32,000 nucleotides of DNA from Klebsiella aerogenes (GTDB lineage: Bacteria; Pseudomonadota; Gammaproteobacteria; Enterobacterales; Enterobacteriaceae). The DNA lies in assembly GCA_029027985.1 (NCBI GenBank), contig CP119076.1, positions 2,260,422 to 2,292,421 on the forward strand, read 5' to 3'. Numbering within the stretch: the stretch's first letter is position 1; the number at the start of each line of letters is the position of its first letter. Positions 28,450 through 32,000 of the stretch are shown piece after piece. The notes under the pieces were generated by a model. That model was not told where the DNA came from. It worked only from the letters and a program-made list of their open reading frames with translations, and ran no database searches. Position numbers and translations under genes: made by a program.

Positions 28450-28853
28450 CGGTATTCCTTCAGCGAGATGATTTTGGCAGGGCATCACCATACCACGACG
28501 CTATGCCTGCAAACTATACCCCCGAAAGGTCAGCAAATAGCAAATAATGAAAGCCTGTACTATTAATTGATAAATACGAATCGAAGCCATTCAAATACAT
28601 TTATTACCCGCCTGTGGTTAATCGCGGTAATAGAAGCGGGGCATTGTTTATTTTTGCATTAATGGCCTCGCGCAGTGGGAAAGATATTTTGCTACCTTTA
28701 TCTGGCGGCGAATTTCCCTGTGCGGAGGAGCGTTCAGTTCAAATCTCTCTGCAGTTTGTCATACGCACGCGGATTAGTGTGAACTGGCTAATTCACCGGG
28801 AGGCACCCGGCGCCGCAGATCAATATACAGGCATTCTTTGAGTAGATTATTTG

Positions 28854-28878
28854 CCAGCGTTTCGGCGCTGGTTTTTTT
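28854..28878 (+). terminator. Orphan plus-strand intrinsic terminator (no annotated upstream gene)
   Basis: The stem CCAGCG / CGCUGG is closed over a UUCG loop with flanking wobble pairs, followed by a run of 7 T (28872-28878). On the minus strand it is not followed by a T tract, so it is orientation-specific for the plus strand. Confidence 0.6.
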
Positions 28879-28895
28879 CCCATAAAGGTGGCGAT

Positions 28896-29015
28896 ATGCA
28901 ATATCTAATGACTGGGGTTGCCGTCTTAATTATCAGCGGCTTAGCGCTTCATCTGTTGTTGCTGGCAATGGCGGGGTTGTATAAAACGTTGTTTAACCGC
29001 ACAACGCCACGTTGA
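28896..29015 (+). CDS. Candidate 39-aa single-TM small protein (below ORF-track cutoff)
   Basis: ATG 28896 is preceded by SD AAGGTGG (28885-28891). Translation: MQYLMTGVAVLIISGLALHLLLLAMAGLYKTLFNRTTPR. That is one hydrophobic helix followed by a basic tail. Codon usage is atypical (TTA, TTG, CTA for Leu), so coding status is uncertain. Confidence 0.3.
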   Translation: MQYLMTGVAVLIISGLALHLLLLAMAGLYKTLFNRTTPR

Positions 29016-29048
29016 ATGACGAGCGGCCTTCCCTGGCCGACGGTTACG

Positions 29049-30575
29049 TTAAGGTAATCGCGGATAAATACCGGGTCCGATCGGCAGTCCCACCAGATAC
29101 CAACCCACTAACAGCAGCAGCCAGACGGCTAAGAAAATCAGCGGGTAGGGCAATACCAGTGAGTAGTAGGTTCCCAATTTGGCATCGGGTCGGTAGCGCT
29201 GTAAAAAACCGAGAAACAGCGGGACAAACGGCGATACCGGCGCGAGCGGCAGCACGGAAGAGTCGGCAATACGGAACAGGATCTGCGCAAACGCCGGATG
29301 AAAGCCCAGCAGCATAAACATCGGCACGAAGATCGGCGCCAGAATTGACCAGATGGCTGAGCCGCTGGCGATAAACATACACAGAAAAGCCGATAGCAGC
29401 GCCAGGCCGACAAACGCCGGCACTCCGTTCATCCCGGCGCTCTCCAGCACATCCGTTAAGCCGACGGCCATGAATTTGCCCATGTTGCTCCAGTTGAACA
29501 TGGCGACGAACTGGGCCAGCGGAAAGACCATCACGATAAACCCAGCCATCTCTTTCATCGGTTCAATCATCAACTGCGGCAGGTCGGCCTGACGACGAAT
29601 TTTGCCGGTCGCGATGCCGTAAGCTAATGACACGACAAAGAAGAAAAAGATAATCAGCGGCACGATGCCTTTAATAAACGGCGAGGGCATCACGGTGTGT
29701 TTGAGGGGATCGCGCAGGATGCCATTTTCCGGTACGACCATCAGCGCGACAAGCGCGACGAACAGGAGCGCCGCAATTCCGGCAACACGCAGGCCGAAGC
29801 GCTGTTCCGCGGTTAGCGTCTGCAACGATTCATCACTTTTGCCTTGCCACTTCCCTAACCGCGGCTCGACCAACTTATCGGTAATCAATCCGCCCACCAG
29901 GGTCAGAACGATCACCGATGTCGCCATAAAGTACCAGTTGTCGATCACACTCACGTGTAGCGAGGCATCGAGCGTTTTCGCCGCTTCCGTACTGATACCT
30001 GAAAGCAGCACGTCGGTGGTGACGATCAGCAGATTGGCGGTGAAGCCGCAGCCGACGCCAGCGATCGCCGCCAGTAGCCCCGCCACCGGATGACGTCCGA
30101 CGGCGAGGAACATCAGCGCGCCCAGCGGCGGCATGATCACCAGCGCCGCATCGGAAGAGATGTGGCTGAAGAAGGCGATAAACAGCACCATGTAGCTGGC
30201 GTAACGGGCGCTGACGTGCGACGACATCTTGACCATCAGCGACGGCAGCAGACCCACCCGTTCGGCAAATCCGGCGCCAAGCACGAGTGCCAGAATCGCG
30301 CCCAGCGGTGCGAAACCGCTGAAATTTTTAATCACGTTCGGGAGAAACCAGTGCAGCCCCTCAACGCTAAGCAGGTTTTTTACCACCACCCGCGAACCGT
30401 CGGTGGGACTCTGCACGCCGACGTTCAGCGCCGATAATATTGCGGTGGCGGCCATCAATACCACAATCAGATAGATAAACAGTAAAAAGGGGTGTGGAAC
30501 CTTGTTACCTATTTTTTCAACCCAGCCATACAGCTTACCGGTGGGGGAATGCGAGGGTATGGAAGACATACTCAT
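29049..30575 (-). CDS. abgT: p-Aminobenzoyl-glutamate transporter AbgT
   Basis: 508 aa, collinear with E. coli AbgT (MSMSSIPS...GKLYGWVE.IGNKVPHPFLLFIYLI...GPGIYPRL.). Confidence 0.95.
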   Translation of the reverse strand: MSMSSIPSHSPTGKLYGWVEKIGNKVPHPFLLFIYLIVVLMAATAILSALNVGVQSPTDGSRVVVKNLLSVEGLHWFLPNVIKNFSGFAPLGAILALVLGAGFAERVGLLPSLMVKMSSHVSARYASYMVLFIAFFSHISSDAALVIMPPLGALMFLAVGRHPVAGLLAAIAGVGCGFTANLLIVTTDVLLSGISTEAAKTLDASLHVSVIDNWYFMATSVIVLTLVGGLITDKLVEPRLGKWQGKSDESLQTLTAEQRFGLRVAGIAALLFVALVALMVVPENGILRDPLKHTVMPSPFIKGIVPLIIFFFFVVSLAYGIATGKIRRQADLPQLMIEPMKEMAGFIVMVFPLAQFVAMFNWSNMGKFMAVGLTDVLESAGMNGVPAFVGLALLSAFLCMFIASGSAIWSILAPIFVPMFMLLGFHPAFAQILFRIADSSVLPLAPVSPFVPLFLGFLQRYRPDAKLGTYYSLVLPYPLIFLAVWLLLLVGWYLVGLPIGPGIYPRLP

Positions 30576-30690
30576 GGGCGTTCCTCAATTGTCGTTGTTG
30601 TGTTGGTTGCGGCTTACCCTGGTTTTGTCAGCGCTTATTTTTATCGGCAATGGCCGCGATGCCGTACAAAATCCAAAGGGCTATTTTTTA

Positions 30691-32000
30691 TTATTTTAAA
30701 ACGGATGGAACGATGTCCTGCGGGATCGGGCACTGGTATGGGCTGGCGGCCAATACCTGAGCCAGTTCCTGCTGGCTGGCGGCGAGCAGCGGCTTATCGC
30801 TGAACAAACGAATCGCCGTCGCCGCCAAAATTTTCCCCGCCAGCAGCATTCCTTTATGGGCGATGGACGTTCTTCCCTGGCTCACCAGTTGCCAGGTATG
30901 CAGCGGCGTCCCAACGGCGAAGCAGGGGCTGAAGCATTGGGCTACCGGCGCCTTCCAGCTCACGTCGCCAACATCGGTCGAACCGGCGAGCACGTTATCG
31001 GTCGCCGCCCACGGCGCCACTTCGTCAATCAGGAGCGTGTCGCGGTGGCGGCTGGCAAAGGCTTTACCTTCTTCGCCGCTGGTGTCGGCAATATTTTTCA
31101 GGCTGTTATTAATATCGTTAGCGCTCAATGTCGCGCGAATATCGGCGGCGAAGGCGCGCTCTTCTTCACTCCACTGCGGCGTACCGTAATGGCTCACCGC
31201 CTGATACATCGCGGCTTCCAATGTACGGTTAGGCAGATAGCTGGAACAGGCTTTCTCAAAACGACAGCTGACGTGGGTTTCGGTCATCAGCGCGGCGCCC
31301 TGGGCGATTTTCTCTATACGGGCAAAAATTTGCTGAACGTCGGCCATTTCCGGAGCGCGAATTAAATACAACACTTCAGCCTGTGCTTGTACCACGTTGG
31401 GCGAGACGCCGCCGGTATCGGTGATCGCATAGTGGACTCGCGCTTTTTCGATGATATGTTCATTGAGGAAGTTGCTGCCAGTGGTCATCAGGGTCACGGC
31501 ATCCAGCGCGCTGCGCCCCAGATGCGGCGAGTTTGCCGCATGCGCCGCGGTTCCGCTGAAACGCCATGCCGCCTGAATATTGGCCAGAGTACGGGTGCTG
31601 AACATTCCGGCCCAGGCCTCAGGGTGCCAGGTCAGGGCGGCGTCAATATCGTCGAATAGTCCCTCACGCACCATAAAGGTTTTTCCGGAACCGCCTTCCT
31701 CGCCAGGACAGCCGTAGAAGCGCAAGGTACCGCCGCCGCCTTGCTGTTGCAGCCAGTTTTTAGCGGCGACGGCGGCCGCAAAAGCCGCGGTGCCGAGCAG
31801 GTTGTGTCCGCAGCCATGCCCGTTCTCGCCCGGGGTCGCAGAACCCGGCTCCGCGCGGCGCGCATGTTGGCTGAGTCCCGCCAGGGCGTCATATTCGCCA
31901 AGTAGCGCAATCACCGGTTTGCCTGCGCCGACGCTGGCGATAAACGCGTTTGGAATTCCGCCCGCGTTGCGGGTCAGCTGGAAACCTTCGGCTTCCAGCG
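30691..32000 (-). CDS. abgB: p-Aminobenzoyl-glutamate hydrolase subunit B (M20 peptidase), 5'-truncated by window edge
   Basis: Collinear with E. coli AbgB from ..LE.AGF.VTRN.G.IPNAFIAS.G.GKPVIALLGEYDALAGLSQ to the C-terminus. The frame stays open upstream of the track's GTG at 31914 to position 32000. Confidence 0.9.
   Translation of the reverse strand, partial: LEAEGFQLTRNAGGIPNAFIASVGAGKPVIALLGEYDALAGLSQHARRAEPGSATPGENGHGCGHNLLGTAAFAAAVAAKNWLQQQGGGGTLRFYGCPGEEGGSGKTFMVREGLFDDIDAALTWHPEAWAGMFSTRTLANIQAAWRFSGTAAHAANSPHLGRSALDAVTLMTTGSNFLNEHIIEKARVHYAITDTGGVSPNVVQAQAEVLYLIRAPEMADVQQIFARIEKIAQGAALMTETHVSCRFEKACSSYLPNRTLEAAMYQAVSHYGTPQWSEEERAFAADIRATLSANDINNSLKNIADTSGEEGKAFASRHRDTLLIDEVAPWAATDNVLAGSTDVGDVSWKAPVAQCFSPCFAVGTPLHTWQLVSQGRTSIAHKGMLLAGKILAATAIRLFSDKPLLAASQQELAQVLAASPYQCPIPQDIVPSVLK

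Noticed and set aside
28724-28760. TTCAAATC motif resembling a tRNA T-loop (possible tRNA fragment or att site)
   Set aside because: The flanking bases cannot form a 5-bp T-stem. There is no acceptor stem or CCA context and no adjacent integrase or repeat.
28614-28841. 75-aa plus-strand ORF (GTG start) in the ogt-abgT spacer
   Set aside because: There is no SD, the internal ATG at 28662 also lacks one, and the composition is not protein-like. I treat the stretch as a candidate non-coding leader or sRNA instead.
30492-30803. Three overlapping plus-strand ORFs (65-103 aa) spanning the abgB-abgT spacer
   Set aside because: They are antisense to the abgT start and the abgB end, Cys/Trp/Arg-rich, and lack start signals. 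The 115-bp spacer reads as an ordinary intercistronic region with a GAGGA SD for abgT.

Overview
This window reads as conserved core chromosome of a Klebsiella/Enterobacter-like member of the Enterobacteriaceae, from the replication-terminus region. The genus call is an inference from protein similarity to E. coli orthologues recalled from memory and from GC-rich coding sequence.

Gene order, left to right:
- An ERIC-like repeat.
- A divergent MerR-family regulator and Old-Yellow-Enzyme-type flavin oxidoreductase pair.
- yedF-yedE, then a CorA/ZntB-like metal channel.
- malY-malX / malI, ydgA, manA, fumA, fumC, tus with a TerB-type replication fork trap site directly upstream, rstB-rstA, ydgC, folM, ydgI, ydgH, pntA-pntB.
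- A 62-aa small gene.
- uspE, fnr, ogt, abgT, and a 5'-truncated abgB that runs off the window edge.

I saw no rRNA, tRNA, CRISPR array, IS element, integrase, phage gene or recognisable defence system. I do not see a convincing undescribed multi-gene system.

The parts not explained by ordinary annotation are:
1. The ~600-bp ogt-abgT spacer. It holds a strong orphan plus-strand intrinsic terminator followed immediately by a Shine-Dalgarno (SD) ribosome-binding sequence and a 39-aa hydrophobic small ORF (sORF) that is below the ORF-track cutoff.
2. The MerR/flavin-reductase module. It has a textbook 19-bp-spacer dyad promoter and no obvious effector.
3. A stack of three palindromes or hairpins plus a marbox-like site between fumA and fumC.
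4. The compact rstB-TerB-tus junction. Its polarity agrees with an 8:1 Chi strand bias across the window.

All homology statements come from memory of E. coli K-12 proteins. No database search was run.
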